A program made the position numbers and the translations under genes. This document shows, in pieces, positions 1 through 11,740 of a stretch of 64,000 nucleotides of DNA (positions are counted from its first letter, which is position 1; each line of letters opens with the position of its first letter). The stretch covers positions 391,468,001-391,532,000 of the forward strand of contig NW_027362765.1 of assembly GCF_046119375.1 (NCBI RefSeq). Direction: 5' to 3'. The DNA comes from Phyllobates terribilis. Taxonomy: Eukaryota. The notes beneath the pieces were generated by a model. It was given only the letters and a program-made list of their open reading frames with translations, ran no database searches and had not been told where the DNA came from.

Positions 1-8
1 TCCAAGTC

Positions 9-1895
9 TTGCCGTCCCCACGAGTTGTGCGTCAATCCTCTTTATGTCAAAGTTCCTCCACTGCTTCTGCCTCCTCAACCTCCTCTCGGTCTTCCACCTG
101 CACCCAAAGCCTGTCTGGTCATGCCACAAGCTTTCTAACTGCGCAGAAGGGATCCTGCACACCTCCTTACTATGCTGGCAGTAGGGCTCAACGTCATCAG
201 GCGGTTTTTACATTGAAATGTCTGGGAAATGTGAGTCACACAGCTGAGGAGTTGTGGTCAGCTCTGGAGAACCAATTTCATGAATGGTTGTCTCCACTGG
301 ACCTGAAACCAGGGAAGGCCGTGTGCGACAATGCTGCAAACCTGGGTGCGGCCCTTCGCAGGGGCAATGTCACACACGTGCCTTGTATGGCTCACGTGTT
401 GAACCTGGTTGTTCAGCAATTTTTAGCCCACTATCCCAGACTAGATGGCCTTCTGCAGAGGGCACGGTCGCTGTGTGCTCACTTCCGCCGTTCGCATCCC
501 GCAGCTCAGCGACTTACATCTCTACAGAAGTCGTTGGGCCTGCCACTTCACCGGCTAAAATGCGATGTGCCTACCTGGTGGAATTCAACTCTGCACATGT
601 TGCAGCGACTGTGGCAGCACCGACAAGCCCTGGTGCAATACGTTCTGACGTATAGCCTGGGCCAACGAGATTCAGAGGTGGGGCAAATCACGCTGGAGGA
701 GTGGTCTCAGATCAGGGACCTATGCACCCTTCTGCACAGTTTTGAAATGGCGACGAAGATGTTTAGTGCTGACGATGCCATTATCAGCATGACTATTCCG
801 GTGATTTACATGCTGGAGCACATGTTAAACAGAATTCGGAGTCAGGTGGTGGCACAAGAGGAGGTGGAGGAAGTAGAGGAGGAGGAGTTGTATGCGGAAG
901 GGCTAACATCTGCAAGGTCCAGACGGTCGGCAGCACCAAGGCGGCAGGCATGTGAGGGTGGGGGAGATGATTTTACCAGGGCGCATGGTAGCAGCCAAAC
1001 TAGTGAGGAAGGTGCAGGAGCCCAGGAAGAAGTGGAGGACGAACTGATGGAAGACTCATCAGATGAGGGAGACCTTGATCACATTTCTGTTGTGCGAGGT
1101 TGGGGGGAGAGGACAGAGGAAGGAAGCATGATTGTTACCTCGCCACCAACACAACAGGGACTTGGTGCTCCTGGATGCGCAACACACATGAGTGCCTTCT
1201 TGCTGCACTACCTGCAACATGACCCTCGAATTGTGAGAATTAGAAATAATCCTGACTACTGGGTTGCCACACTGTTAGATCCCCGGTACAAAAGTAAATT
1301 TGCAGAAATTATTCCTGCCATAGAAAGGGATGCACGCATGCAGGAGTATCAGCAGAGACTGTTGCAGAATCTTACATGTGCTTTTCCACAAAATACCAGT
1401 GGTGCACGTAGTGAATCTCACAGTTCCAACTTGCCAACCGTGGGACCGTCAAGTGTTCAGCACTCAAACCGTAACAGAACCACAGTATCTGCTGGTAACA
1501 TCAATTTTGCGGAATCATTTCACCACTTTTTTAGCCCATCCTTTGCAAGGCCACAGGAGACAAGAAGTCTGACACATAGTCAACGCCTAGAGACGATGGT
1601 ACAGGAGTATCTCCAAGTAAACATTGAAGCCACGACTGTGTCACTGGACCCTTGCTCTTTTTGGGCTTCCAATCTGGATAAATGGCCGGAGCTAGCCACT
1701 TACGCCTTGGAGATCTTGTCATGCCCCGCAGCCAGCGTTCTGTCTGAACGTGTGTTCAGCGCTGCTGGTGGTGTGCTGACAGATAAGCGCACGCGGCTCT
1801 CCACTGATAATGTAGACAGACTCACGTTCATAAAGATGAACAAATCATGGATCCGAAACGACTTTTCTAACCCTGTGTCATCCTGGGGAGAGTAA
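9..1895 (+). CDS. hAT transposase (ZBED-like), N-terminally truncated by the window edge
   Basis: Motifs AVCDNAANL, PCMAHVLNLVV (CxxH), DVPTWWNSTL, ATLLDPRYK and C-terminal dimerisation domain LSCPAASVLSERVFSAAGGVLTDKRTRLS; no stop in 628 codons. The conserved TRWNS reads TWWNS. Confidence 0.9.
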   Translation: MPSPRVVRQSSLCQSSSTASASSTSSRSSTCTQSLSGHATSFLTAQKGSCTPPYYAGSRAQRHQAVFTLKCLGNVSHTAEELWSALENQFHEWLSPLDLKPGKAVCDNAANLGAALRRGNVTHVPCMAHVLNLVVQQFLAHYPRLDGLLQRARSLCAHFRRSHPAAQRLTSLQKSLGLPLHRLKCDVPTWWNSTLHMLQRLWQHRQALVQYVLTYSLGQRDSEVGQITLEEWSQIRDLCTLLHSFEMATKMFSADDAIISMTIPVIYMLEHMLNRIRSQVVAQEEVEEVEEEELYAEGLTSARSRRSAAPRRQACEGGGDDFTRAHGSSQTSEEGAGAQEEVEDELMEDSSDEGDLDHISVVRGWGERTEEGSMIVTSPPTQQGLGAPGCATHMSAFLLHYLQHDPRIVRIRNNPDYWVATLLDPRYKSKFAEIIPAIERDARMQEYQQRLLQNLTCAFPQNTSGARSESHSSNLPTVGPSSVQHSNRNRTTVSAGNINFAESFHHFFSPSFARPQETRSLTHSQRLETMVQEYLQVNIEATTVSLDPCSFWASNLDKWPELATYALEILSCPAASVLSERVFSAAGGVLTDKRTRLSTDNVDRLTFIKMNKSWIRNDFSNPVSSWGE

Positions 1896-2100
1896 AAGCT
1901 TGATGATTGGTTAAAATCACCCTACCAACCGTTTTAAGCTTTCAAATTACTAATCATGTTTATCTGTATCTTGACTGGAAAATAATTTGGGCTTTGTAGC
2001 AGTGTGCAGCACTGATCCTATTAGGCCATCTATAATAAGCTTCACCAGATTTAAAATTAAAAATAATTTTTAGCTGCATCTAGCCCGGAAAATAATTTTG

Positions 2101-3664
2101 GGCTCCGAGATGCGCAAGACACATAAGTGCCTTCTTGCTGCACTACCTGCAGCATGACCCTCATATTGTCAGAATTCGAAGTAATCATGACTACTGGGTT
2201 GCCACACTCTTAGATCCCCCAAACTTTTCGATCAACCTTTTCATTTTAATAAAGACCAAAAAAATGGTCATTTTTGAAATTATAAGCATTAGCAGGTTGT
2301 TAGAAACTGAAATCAAACAGTTTTCAACTCAAAACTTTATTCTAGGTGATGTTACATTTTCACATAGGACCCCTTGTTCGAAAGGAGCTTCTGAACTCTC
2401 TCGTCCATTGAATTTGTCAGGTTTTGGATGGTTTCTGCTTCAATTGTTTTGCATGAGGACAGAATACCCTCCCAGAGCTGTTGCTTAGATGTGAACTGCC
2501 TCCCGCCATCATAGACACTCCTTTTAATGATGCTCCAAAGGTTCTGAATGGGGTAGAGGTCAGGGGAGCATGGGGGTCACACCATAAGTTTGTCCCCTTT
2601 TATGCCCATATCAGCCAGAGATGCAGATGTTTTATGTGCAGCATGAGATGGTGCATTATCATGCAGAAAAATGATCTTGCTGTGAAATACACGGTTCTTC
2701 TTCTTGAACCATGGCAGGAAGTGCTGTTTGAGAAAATCCACATACATTATGGAGTTCATCTTTAGCGCCTTCAGGGATCCTAAAGGGGCCGACAATCTCT
2801 CTCCCCATGATTCCAGCCCAAAACATTACTCCACCTCCTCCTTGTTGGCGCTGTAGCCGTGTTTGCGTGGGGTGTCCATCAACCAGCCATCCTCCACTCC
2901 ATTCATCTGGACCATCGAGCGCTGCACGGCACTCATCCGTGAACAAAACAGTTTTGAAATCAGTCTTCATGTAATGTTTGGCCCACTGGAGCCGTTTCTG
3001 CTTGTGTGAAGTGGATAGAGGAGGTCGACAGGATGGCGTATGCACAGCTGCAAACCTCTGAAGGACCCTGCATCTTGTTGTTCGGGGGACGTTGGAGGCA
3101 CAAGCAGCTTCAAAAACTTGTCTGCTGCTATGAAAAGGCTTTTTTGCCGCTGCTCTTTCAACCTGACGTAATTGCCTGTAGGAAAGAGTCCTCAATTTGC
3201 CCTTATCAGCACGCACACGTGTGTACTGTGAATCAGCTACATACTTCTTGATTGCCAAGACACTTCATCCTGATCATCGCACAATGTTGATTGTAGTCAT
3301 GCCTTGACCTAAACACTCCACAATTTGTTGCTTCTCAGCAGCCGACACATCCTTTTTCTTTCCCATTTTGGCAGAAAATGTAGGCTGCTTAATAATGTGA
3401 GAGAGCCTTCTTAAGTAGTCTTGCCTTTCATTGGACACACCTGCCAAACTAATTAGCACAGGTGTCTGCAATTGCTTACAGTGATATAAAGAGCCCTGAC
3501 ACACATCACCATCAATGAGTTTAACTGACAAACAAACAAATTCTTCCCTTATCACTCCTAAACACTTTTTGCATAATAATTTGGAACGCGGTGTACATGT
3601 GCTTTTCCACAAAACACCAGTGGTTCACGTAGTGAATCTTACAGTTCTAACTTGCCAACCGTGG
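2101..3664 (+). pseudogene. Second, degenerate copy of part of the hAT transposase (2101-2220 and 3594-3664) split by a Tc1 insertion
   Basis: 2101-2220 repeats about 1180-1285 (LHYLQHDP...WVATLLDP); 3594-3664 repeats about 1373-1442 (TACATGTGCTTTTCCACAAAA...). Confidence 0.85.
2222..3593 (-). mobile_element. Degenerate Tc1/mariner element, 3' terminus deleted
   Basis: Frameshifted transposase pieces MGKKKDVSAAEKQQIVECLGQG, LFTDECRAALDGPD, FLHDNAPSH; terminus TTGCATAATAATTTGGAACGCGGTG followed by TA at 3594-3595; no matching left TIR. Confidence 0.9.
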
Positions 3665-5490
3665 TCTGTATGGAATTGTTCAATAAAGGGCCCAAAATTA
3701 AGATAACATAGATGGGAGAGGTCTCTATGAATAGGAATTCCTAAGTATTTGATACCCTGTGAGGGCCAGGCAAAGGGAAAGTTGGACTGGATGGAATCCT
3801 ATATGGATTTAGGGAGGGAGACATCGAGGGCCTCAGACTTCGCTGCATTGATTTTAAAATTTTACCATGTAACAAAGTGATCTATTTCAGCCATAACAGC
3901 AGGGATGGATATATGTGATTGAGTGATATATACTAGGACATCATCAGCAAATAGAGAGCACTTGTACTCGGTGCCTCCCACCTCAATCCACCTAATATTG
4001 GGGTTATGGCGAATTGATGAGAGCAGGTGCTCCGTCACTAGGATGTATAAGAGAGGGGACAGAGGACATCCCTGCCTTGTCCCATTGGTGATTGTGAAAG
4101 GTGATGAAAATGTTCTGACGCACCCCCTGGGCCTTGGGACACCCGGAGCCGGACCCTTTTTGGTGGATGCTGGTGGTTGTAGTCTTCGTGGCGGCGATCC
4201 GGTTCCGTGGCTCAGGGCGGTCAAACCAGTGGCGGAACTATTTATGTGGTTTTGATGTTTAAATGTCCGACTACGCCACCCGTGGATTGCGGTCAGAGTG
4301 AACCGCCGCTACAGGGCAGACCGCTAAGGCTGGTGTTGTGGGTGCAGCAGAGCGTAGCATACCTCCCCACGGGAGGAGTATAGCCTCAGGGCAGTGTATG
4401 CGGAGGATGGGGGTGATGGTGCAGGGCAGCAGCAGTAACGACACGGAGTCAGTGATGCAGTTCAGGGCCTTTACTCACAGTTCTTATTATCCAGACCACG
4501 TCTGCAGGTAACGGCTGCCCACGTCGTACTGTGCTCACCAGGTGAGGGGCTCTGACAACTCCCAGATAACTTTGGAGCGCTTCACAGGACCCCCTTTGTG
4601 TGTCCTTTGTCTGGCCTTTCTTACCAACACTTCTGTCCGGCTGCCTCGGGCCTCCTCTTGGTAAACTTGGCGCCAGTTTCCCTGACCCTATGTGGTGCCT
4701 TCCTAGCGGGTGGAGCAAGGGGCTGCGCCACATAAAATGTCAGAGCCTCCGGTTTCTAGCTGAGGGTCGTTTCCTGCCTCCACTAGTTCGGGGACCGATC
4801 TCCCCCTTTGGCCTGACCCCTCCACGCAGGTGGATTCGGGCGTGCGGTGGCGACTCGCCCGTCCGCACCCCTGGGATCCCTTCATTCCTCGTTCCTGGAG
4901 CCTTCTCCGCTCCTCTTCCTTCCTTCTCCCTCTTGCAGGCCTGGGCCTCTGTTACTAGGCCCGCCTCCGGAGCAGAGCTCATGCAGAGCCCCTGCTCCCT
5001 GCCACTTCTGCTCAGACTTCTCTGCACTGAACTAAGATGGTGCCCACCTTTTATACTCCCTTCTCAATGCACCCAGGAACTGCTTCCTCCCTGCTCCTGC
5101 ACTACAGGGTTCCCCTTCCTCAGTGTTCCCTCCCCCCACTCCAGCCAGGGACAGGGACTGTCGTGCCCATCTCAGGGGCATATTGGTCGCCCTGCCCCAC
5201 GGCAATGTGGTGTAATGCATGCAGGTGTCGGGTCCTGATCCACACTCCATCCTTACCTGAGAGTGAGATATCACACCTCTGGGTGAGGTGCAATACGTCT
5301 GTAGCAACCGAGCCCTCAGGGTGCTACAGTTCCATTTATCTTCAGCCTAGGTGACGTATTGCGATACAGGGCCGTGATTTTGGCTATAAAAGGGTCCCCT
5401 AGACCCCTACCCCAAGCTCTTTAAGAGAATCATATATGGCGTGCCAGGAGACTCTATGGAATGCTTTCTCAGCATCCAACGAGAGTATCT
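3665..5490 (-). pseudogene. L1-clade non-LTR retrotransposon RT fragment, interrupted by a solo LTR
   Basis: Minus-strand LSLDAEKAFHRVSW (about 5480-5440), LKINGT|FSSPFTITNGTRQGCPLSPLLY across the LTR insertion, CSLFADDVLVYI and IKYLGI. Confidence 0.9.
4116..5328 (-). mobile_element. Solo LTR, same superfamily as the LTRs at 20016/23755
   Basis: Reverse complement starts TGTAGCACCCTGAGGGCTCGGTTGCTACA and ends GGGTGCGTCA; TSD GTTC at 4112-4115 and 5329-5332; its removal restores the L1 reading frame. Confidence 0.92.
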
Positions 5491-5552
5491 AATTACAAAT
5501 TTTTAACTGCATCTAGCCCAGGAAATACTTTGTGCCTAGTAGCAGTGTCTGC

Positions 5553-5865
5553 TAGTCAGCGGATTATCCCGGCTGTTAAGCAAGCTACACCACCTGTAGT
5601 TTAGACACTTAATTTTTTCAAAGGAAATGCTTCGGGACCATGGGATACTTAGTGAAGAGCATCAGGAGGCACCCCAAGGCATAGGGGCTGGGACTGGCAG
5701 TAGGATGCCTTGCGGTGGACAGCCGAGCTCGATCCTTATAAAAGCTTTTTAACTCCAGCAGCTTTAGTGGACGCTACTGGAGCTGGAATTACCGCGGCTG
5801 CTGGCATTAGACTTGCCCTCCAATAGATCCTTGTAAATGGATTTAAAGTGTATTCATTCAAATTA
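5553..5865 (-). pseudogene. Degenerate 18S rRNA gene fragment inside the hAT 3' region
   Basis: Matches recalled 18S reverse-complement sequence: TAATTTTTTCAAAG..GCTTCGGG, AGCTTTTTAACT.CAGC, TGGAGCTGGAATTACCGCGGCTGCTGGCA..AGACTTGCCCTCCAAT.GATCCT, GGATTTAAAGTG; roughly 80-85% identity by eye, left boundary approximate. Confidence 0.88.
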
Positions 5866-6254
5866 GAGAGACAATTTAAATTAAAAAGCTTAGAGCTGCC
5901 TCCACCACAGGGGGGCTCGCTCGACCCACCAGCGGACAGGCACCAGTATTGGGAGAGGGGGGCTGGCCGTCAGGGTTCACCGCGGCTCTGGCACAAACCC
6001 GGCGACACGGAGGTGGCACGGGCAGGAGCGGACTGGCCGTGTCGGCTTCTCACTTTTTGGATTTTAGAAGGGCATGACATGCCTATATCTGTGTCTCCCC
6101 CTCCTTTTACTCCTCCACCTCTTTTATTTTCGCATGACTATATGTACTTGTCACTTTTCCATGTGTTAGTTATGTCTTCTGAGCAGTTTGTCAGCTTTTG
6201 GACATCTTTGAAGGTGTTTTCTATGTGTTTCTATGTGTTTTTGTTTGCCTGCCA

Positions 6255-6371
6255 TTGGTTTTAACGGTGTTCGAAGGTGTTCGACGAACAGTTCGACGAA
6301 CAGTTCGGCGAACACACGGGTGTTCGACGAACCGAACCGAACTCGAACACTACGGGGGTGGCTCAACACTA
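6255..6371. repeat. hAT subterminal repeats and terminal inverted repeat
   Basis: Several GTTCGACGAAC / GTTCGGCGAAC / CGAAC units followed by GGCTCAACACTA. Confidence 0.75.
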
Positions 6372-6380
6372 CTCACTATA

Positions 6381-6830
6381 GTGATGTAGCAGATCCCAGC
6401 AATGCAGCTGAGTTAAGAAGATCAGGATACTTACTGGAGTAATATAGCAGAGTCCATTCATCTAGCAGAGTTAAGTAGGTCAGAAAACTCTCTGGAGTAG
6501 TGCAACAAAGTCCAGCAATATAGTAGAGTTAAGTAGATCAAGAGACTCACTGGAGTAATGTAGCAGATCCCAGCAATGTAGCAGAGTTTAGAAGATCAAG
6601 AGACTTACTGTAGTGATGTAGCAGAGTCCAACAATGTAGCAGAGTTGAGGTAAGAAGACTCTCTGCAGTGGTGTAATAAAGTCCAGCAATATAGTAGAGT
6701 TAAGTAGATCAGGAGACTCATTGGAATGATGAAGCAGAGTACAGCAACGTGGAAAAGTGGAGTGGATCAGGAGATTCATTGTAGCAAGGTAGCAGAGCCC
6801 AGTAATGAAGCAGAGTTGACAGGCCAGGTG
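6381..6830. repeat. Degenerate approximately 60-bp tandem repeat
   Basis: Recurring GATGTAGCAGA(T/G)(C/T)CCAGCAAT...GAGTTAAG(A/T)AGATCA.GAGACT..CTGGAGT units. Confidence 0.75.
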
Positions 6831-7949
6831 GTCAGTACAGCAGTGCTGACTCAGTGTAGGAGCAGAATTGAGTTAGTAGTAAAGTACAAATGCATGGCGT
6901 GGACACAATCTACCTGAATACTCAGTCGACATGAGAAGAGGGACAAAAGAAGCCGGCCGGAGCAGAAGACATGTGGAGGATCCAGCGGTGGAGCTTGAAC
7001 AGTTAACACAAGGTAATTATTACTTGCTTTTTTACATATGTAACCATATAAGCCTTTAAAAATTTAGTCCAGGATAAGTTATTTTTTTAAAAGTACTCTT
7101 CAATCAATCAAAAAATGATTCTGTATTTTTTTGCACTACATGACAAATCTGTTCGTCATCGCCCACTAGGTATAACCAAAGGAATGGGGTAACATTTGTC
7201 CCAACAGTTATATAATAGCTTTGGGAATCTTATTATTTTCTTGTTTTTCTTATCCATTTCAGACGTAGTGTCCTATTAACACCGTATATTACATATCACG
7301 ATTCTTGGCTTGATCTTTTTCTCTTGGAGAAGAATCTCCAGCGAGGAACTGGGAGAAGAAGAGATTGTAAAAAATGGATAAAATGAAGTTACTTATCTGA
7401 GGCACAGTACAAACTCCGTTTCATTTATTCAATTTTTTTCCTTTTATTCTTTGCTGTCTAACCTCATTTATATCACTAAGTAAAAAACGGGCTTCTTTAA
7501 GGCTGCCCCGGGAAGTCTTGAGCTCTGGTTTCCTTGGCAACCATTCTCTTGTCTCTTCTTTTCGTGAAATCATCCGATCTTCCTGTCCCATCTCGTCCTT
7601 ATCAAATCCTGGCCATGATTTATTATTACATGACCAAATGCTACAAATGAGACTTAATTTCATGAATCATCTCGTGTTAATGAACTGGATTAGGAAAAGC
7701 TCCGCTCCGATTTATCTAGTAATATCGCTGGTCACGGGAGGTTTGTCACCAGCGCACATTACAATAATTCATTATCCCAAATAAATAATTGTCAGACTAT
7801 CATGGAAAATAAATTCTGGTTCCTTGTGATTTTAACAGATTTGTACCGTTTACCCTGAGCTAGAGGTGCAAATAGTTGCCGGAGCCATCCACAAGCCTTA
7901 CAACATCCCTGTATAGCTCCGATTTCACACAGGCACTTTATTGTCTCCT

Positions 7950-8382
7950 TAAAGGGGATCTTTCACTGTATTTTTTAATGTAAACTGAGCATCTCCTCCA
8001 ATTGCCACTATTCCACTGATTCGGGAACAGTTTTTCTTTTTCTTCTGAGCCCCTCCGTTCCAAAGTTATGCCCCATAGTAATAAGGATGCAAATGTTCCC
8101 TTCCAACAACTGAGCAAATACCACAGAACTTCTCTCTGGGCATTTGCATTTTTCTTATCTGACGCTGGCCAATCAAAACACAGCCACACCCACAGAGAAG
8201 TTTTGTGGCATAAGCTTAGTTGGTTGAATGGAAAATTTGCACCTTTATTACCAGGGGGCATAACTTTGGAATGGAGGGGCACAAAAGAGAAAGAATAACT
8301 GTTCCAGAATCAGTGGAGCAGCAGCAATTGGAAGAGATATTCAGTTTAAATTTAAAAATTTAGTGAAAGATCCTCTATGAAG
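7950..8382. repeat. Imperfect inverted repeat (about 150-bp arms, about 120-bp spacer)
   Basis: About 7950-8105 is the reverse complement of about 8228-8382 (e.g. TTCCAAAGTTATGCCCC / GGGGCATAACTTTGGAA; CCACTGATTC / GAATCAGTGG). Confidence 0.7.
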
Positions 8383-9294
8383 TGTAGCATCGGCGTCTCT
8401 GCCCCCTACCAGGCACAGACGCCGTCCTTCTCACCTCCCCGCTCCCCGCGCGGGGTCCTCGTGCGCTCCTCTTCCTGCTGCTGCCGGCGCGCGCAGCTTC
8501 CCGGGCACTGTGCTTAGGGCGCGCACGCTCCCTCTCTCTTAAAGGGGCCGCGTGCGCCGTCCTAAGGAGTCCCCGGCCAATAGCCGAGGGTCCTCCCAGC
8601 AAAGTTGATGCACAGCATACTTACCTCTGCTTCAGCCCTCAGGTCCAGTTGCCAGCCTGACTACTGTTCCAGTCCACCAGTCTGACTACTCTCCAGCCCG
8701 ACAGTCTGCCTTCCGTTCTACCCGCCAGTCTGTCTATGGGCAAGTCCACCTGCTTACCAGGAAGCACCTACCAGTTACCTGTCTGCTACCTGCCGTGCCT
8801 GCTAGCCCGCTCACCTGGGAGCACTCGCCTGTTACCTGTTAGCCTACCTGGAGGCTCCTGCTGTCACTTGCCGTGACCACCCGACCACCCGCCTGCTAAC
8901 CTAGAGACTTCAGCCTGCTTGGCCGTCACTTGCCATTGCCTACCCGGAGGCTCCTGCTGTCATTTGCCGTGACCACCTGCCTGTTACCTAGAGGCTTCAA
9001 CCCGCTTTTCCGTCACGTGCCGTGACCACCTGTCAACTACCCAGAGACTTCCGCCTGCCTGTTGTGTCCATCCACTATACCGGTGAGTCCCAGTCTGCTG
9101 ATCCGTGGGAGCCACCTGCTCTCTCACAAGGTCGTCCCCAGAGTAGCACCTGGTCCCTCTGCTCGGTCCCTCCCTGGTCACGGAGTCGCTAGCCGCCGTA
9201 CGACCAGGGTCGGTCTGAGTTGATACTTAGTTACGCCCCTCTGGGTCCCTCCTTGCACCGCGGCACAGAGGTTCCACCACCCAGATCCGTAACA
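8383..9294. mobile_element. Solo LTR (different family, 5-bp TSD)
   Basis: TG...CA termini (TGTAGCATC...CCGTAACA) flanked by TGAAG at 8378-8382 and 9295-9299; internal short CCTG/TGACCACC repeats. Confidence 0.8.
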
Positions 9295-9399
9295 TGAAGC
9301 ATGACTTCTAAGATAGAATGTCTCCATATATAGATAGGCACCAGGGAAGAACCAAAACCACACTGCTACCAAAAACAAAGGTGGCACAGTACTCTGTAT

Positions 9400-9812
9400 G
9401 GGTAACGCCCTTATTTGGCTCCATTGGGTAAGGTCGTTGCTTGGCTCCATTAGGGAAACGTCATTGTTTCGCTCCATTGGGTAATGACGTTGTTTTGCTA
9501 CATATGGATAACGCTGTTGTTTAGCTCCATGCGTAATGCTATTGTTTAGCTCCATTGGGTAACTCCCTTATTTGGCTCCACTGGGTAACGCAGTTGTTTG
9601 GCTCCATATGGGTAACGCCGTTGTTTGGCTCCATTGGGTAATACCATTTTTTGGCTCCATTGGGTAATGCCATTGTTTAGCTCCATTTGGGTAACGCCAT
9701 TGTTTGGCCCCATATGGATAATGCGGTTGTTTGGCTTCATTGAGTGACGCCATTGTTTGGCTCCATTGGGTAACGCTGTTGTTTCGCTACATATGGGTAA
9801 TGCCATTGTTTG
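9400..9812. repeat. Minisatellite, 26-29 bp unit
   Basis: Tandem TGGGTAACGCC(G/A)TTGTTTGGCTCCAT variants. Confidence 0.9.
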
Positions 9813-11236
9813 AAGCTAACCTAATAATGATACAAAGCATTCATCTATTTCAGCCATATCATCCCATTTTATCTGGGAGATTAGAGACAAGCCAATCCAC
9901 CAGATAACTGGGTCCACGTTGTTAGCATTTGATTCCATTTTTTTTATATAGCGAGTTAACAACTGGAGCGTGATACACCAGACCACTGGATACCATCAGT
10001 AAAGGAAATTGGAAAAGAGACAGGTCACAGGTAGTAGGGGAAATAAAAAAGTAAATCACAGCAGTTTCATGATTACAAAAGGAAATTAAATCTTTTTTTT
10101 ATTATTTTTGTTTCCTGCTGCTATTATGTATCGTTACCAGGCATAAAGCATTCCACCTCTATGATTCATTATAGTATAATACCCTGTTCTTACAATGAAG
10201 ACTTATTCTGCAATTCAAGGCTGATTCCTTTTCATTTACGTCGACTGAACCATCAGAGTATGACTCAGCTCTGCAGGCGCTGTAATATATGTAATACTAC
10301 TACAACACAAACAGCAATAGAAAAATTAATACAATTACTAGCATCAATTTTTCAATTTCTTTCATCCTTTTCCCCTCCATCCCAAAATCCAAAGGTTCAA
10401 AAATTTCTCATTATGTGCCCTAATAGATACTCCATGTCCCTTCTCTTGTGAATGCAAAAAAATATTCTGGGAGGCACCATACTGTATCAGAAACCTTCCC
10501 ACCTTGCTGTAGGAAACTAGAGGTCACACCAATAAATTATACTCCATTTAAAGGCTATGTCACAAACCTGTCAGAACTCCTGCTGCTGTTTCTGATTGCT
10601 CTTTCTACTCCTACCCTCTTTTGTATCAGTGTTAGAGATAGCAGGAGGGACGTGGTAGGAAACAGATCTGCAGCGGAGAGAGAAGAAAGCATCTAAAGTC
10701 TTATTGAGAACAGAGGAAACAGACTATAGACAAGGCAGAGAGCAAGGGAAGGGAAACAAATGCAGTATTGGAGCTGTACTGATACATAAAAGCAAGTGAA
10801 GTCAGCAGCACTGTAGATACACACAGATACACACAGACAGCACATTCAGCCTATATTACAGAGAGAGACACTCTCAGAAGAGACATTTGAATTAGGCTGA
10901 AAACTGCATATCAGAGTGTCTAAAGATGAAAGAGAAAAAAGACAGGAAGAAAGAAAGAAGATTGAAGACTGAAACTTAGTACAATTTCCTTAACTAAAGA
11001 GAACCACTAATACATATATGTAATAATTATTACTTTCCATTTCAATGGTGTCCATAGCTTTTAAGTCCATCATGGTAAAGGATGGCAAACAAGGTACCTA
11101 TAAACAACAAGTTAGTTTGCAGTTCATTTTCAGCTTTACCTTCACAATGACACTATGTTGGCACTAAAGTGGTCTAGTAAATACTGTATAAGTGGGTTCT
11201 TAGATTTTTTAAATTCTGCTTCGCCTCCTTTAGTCA

Positions 11237-11740
11237 CCCCTGATGAAGCTATTGTGAAATGCGCATTGGGTTGTTGGTGAGTGAGCAGTGACTATGTTAC
11301 TCTATATTCATGGATTGCTTATATGCTTAAAGTTGAGGGATTGTACCCAATTATGTATGTAGGTTTAATCCACAAATATAACGATTTATGATTATGTTGA
11401 TTATATACTCACTTTGAGTATACGGATATATATTTTCTTTATATTTATGTATTTGATGTATTATTTATATGATCAGAGATTTATTGAGCACTATGTCACT
11501 TTATACCTACAGAATTAATTCGAGTATATACAGTATTGGGCTATCTCTGTTGCTCACTCACCTTTCTGTGCATCATTATACCTGATGTTGGATTCCTACA
11601 ATATTTGTTTGTGTATTTTATTCAATAAAATTTACATCTTTTTAAATAATGTGGATGTATTTTGGTCCTGGCATTTTTTTTTCTTCGTTGGATGTATTTA
11701 TAGGTAATAATGCCCTCTAGGACACCTTATATATACCAGG
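11237..11740 (+). mobile_element. Probable Penelope-like terminal fragment with degenerate minimal hammerhead motif
   Basis: CCC-CTGATGA-agctattgt-GAAA-TGCGCA-TTGGG at 11237-11270 followed by AT-rich tail with AATAAA; resembles PLE-associated minimal type I hammerheads. Confidence 0.5.

Larger units (their letters stand above)
1..6371 (+). mobile_element. hAT DNA transposon (5' end outside window), with nested insertions and an internal partial duplication
   Basis: Transposase ORF at 9-1895; hAT-type terminus ...GGCTCAACACTA ending at 6371 (reverse complement TAGTGTTGAGC) preceded by subterminal GTTCG(A/G)CGAAC repeats; related 3' sequence at about 1965-2100 and 5500-5550. That all pieces belong to one insertion is inferred. 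Confidence 0.7.

Noticed and set aside
5553-5865. Functional rRNA gene
   Set aside because: Only about 300 bp, substituted at conserved positions, no flanking rDNA.
7020-7950. Possible L1 ORF2 3' remnant on the minus strand
   Set aside because: Only vague resemblance; no diagnostic motif could be read.
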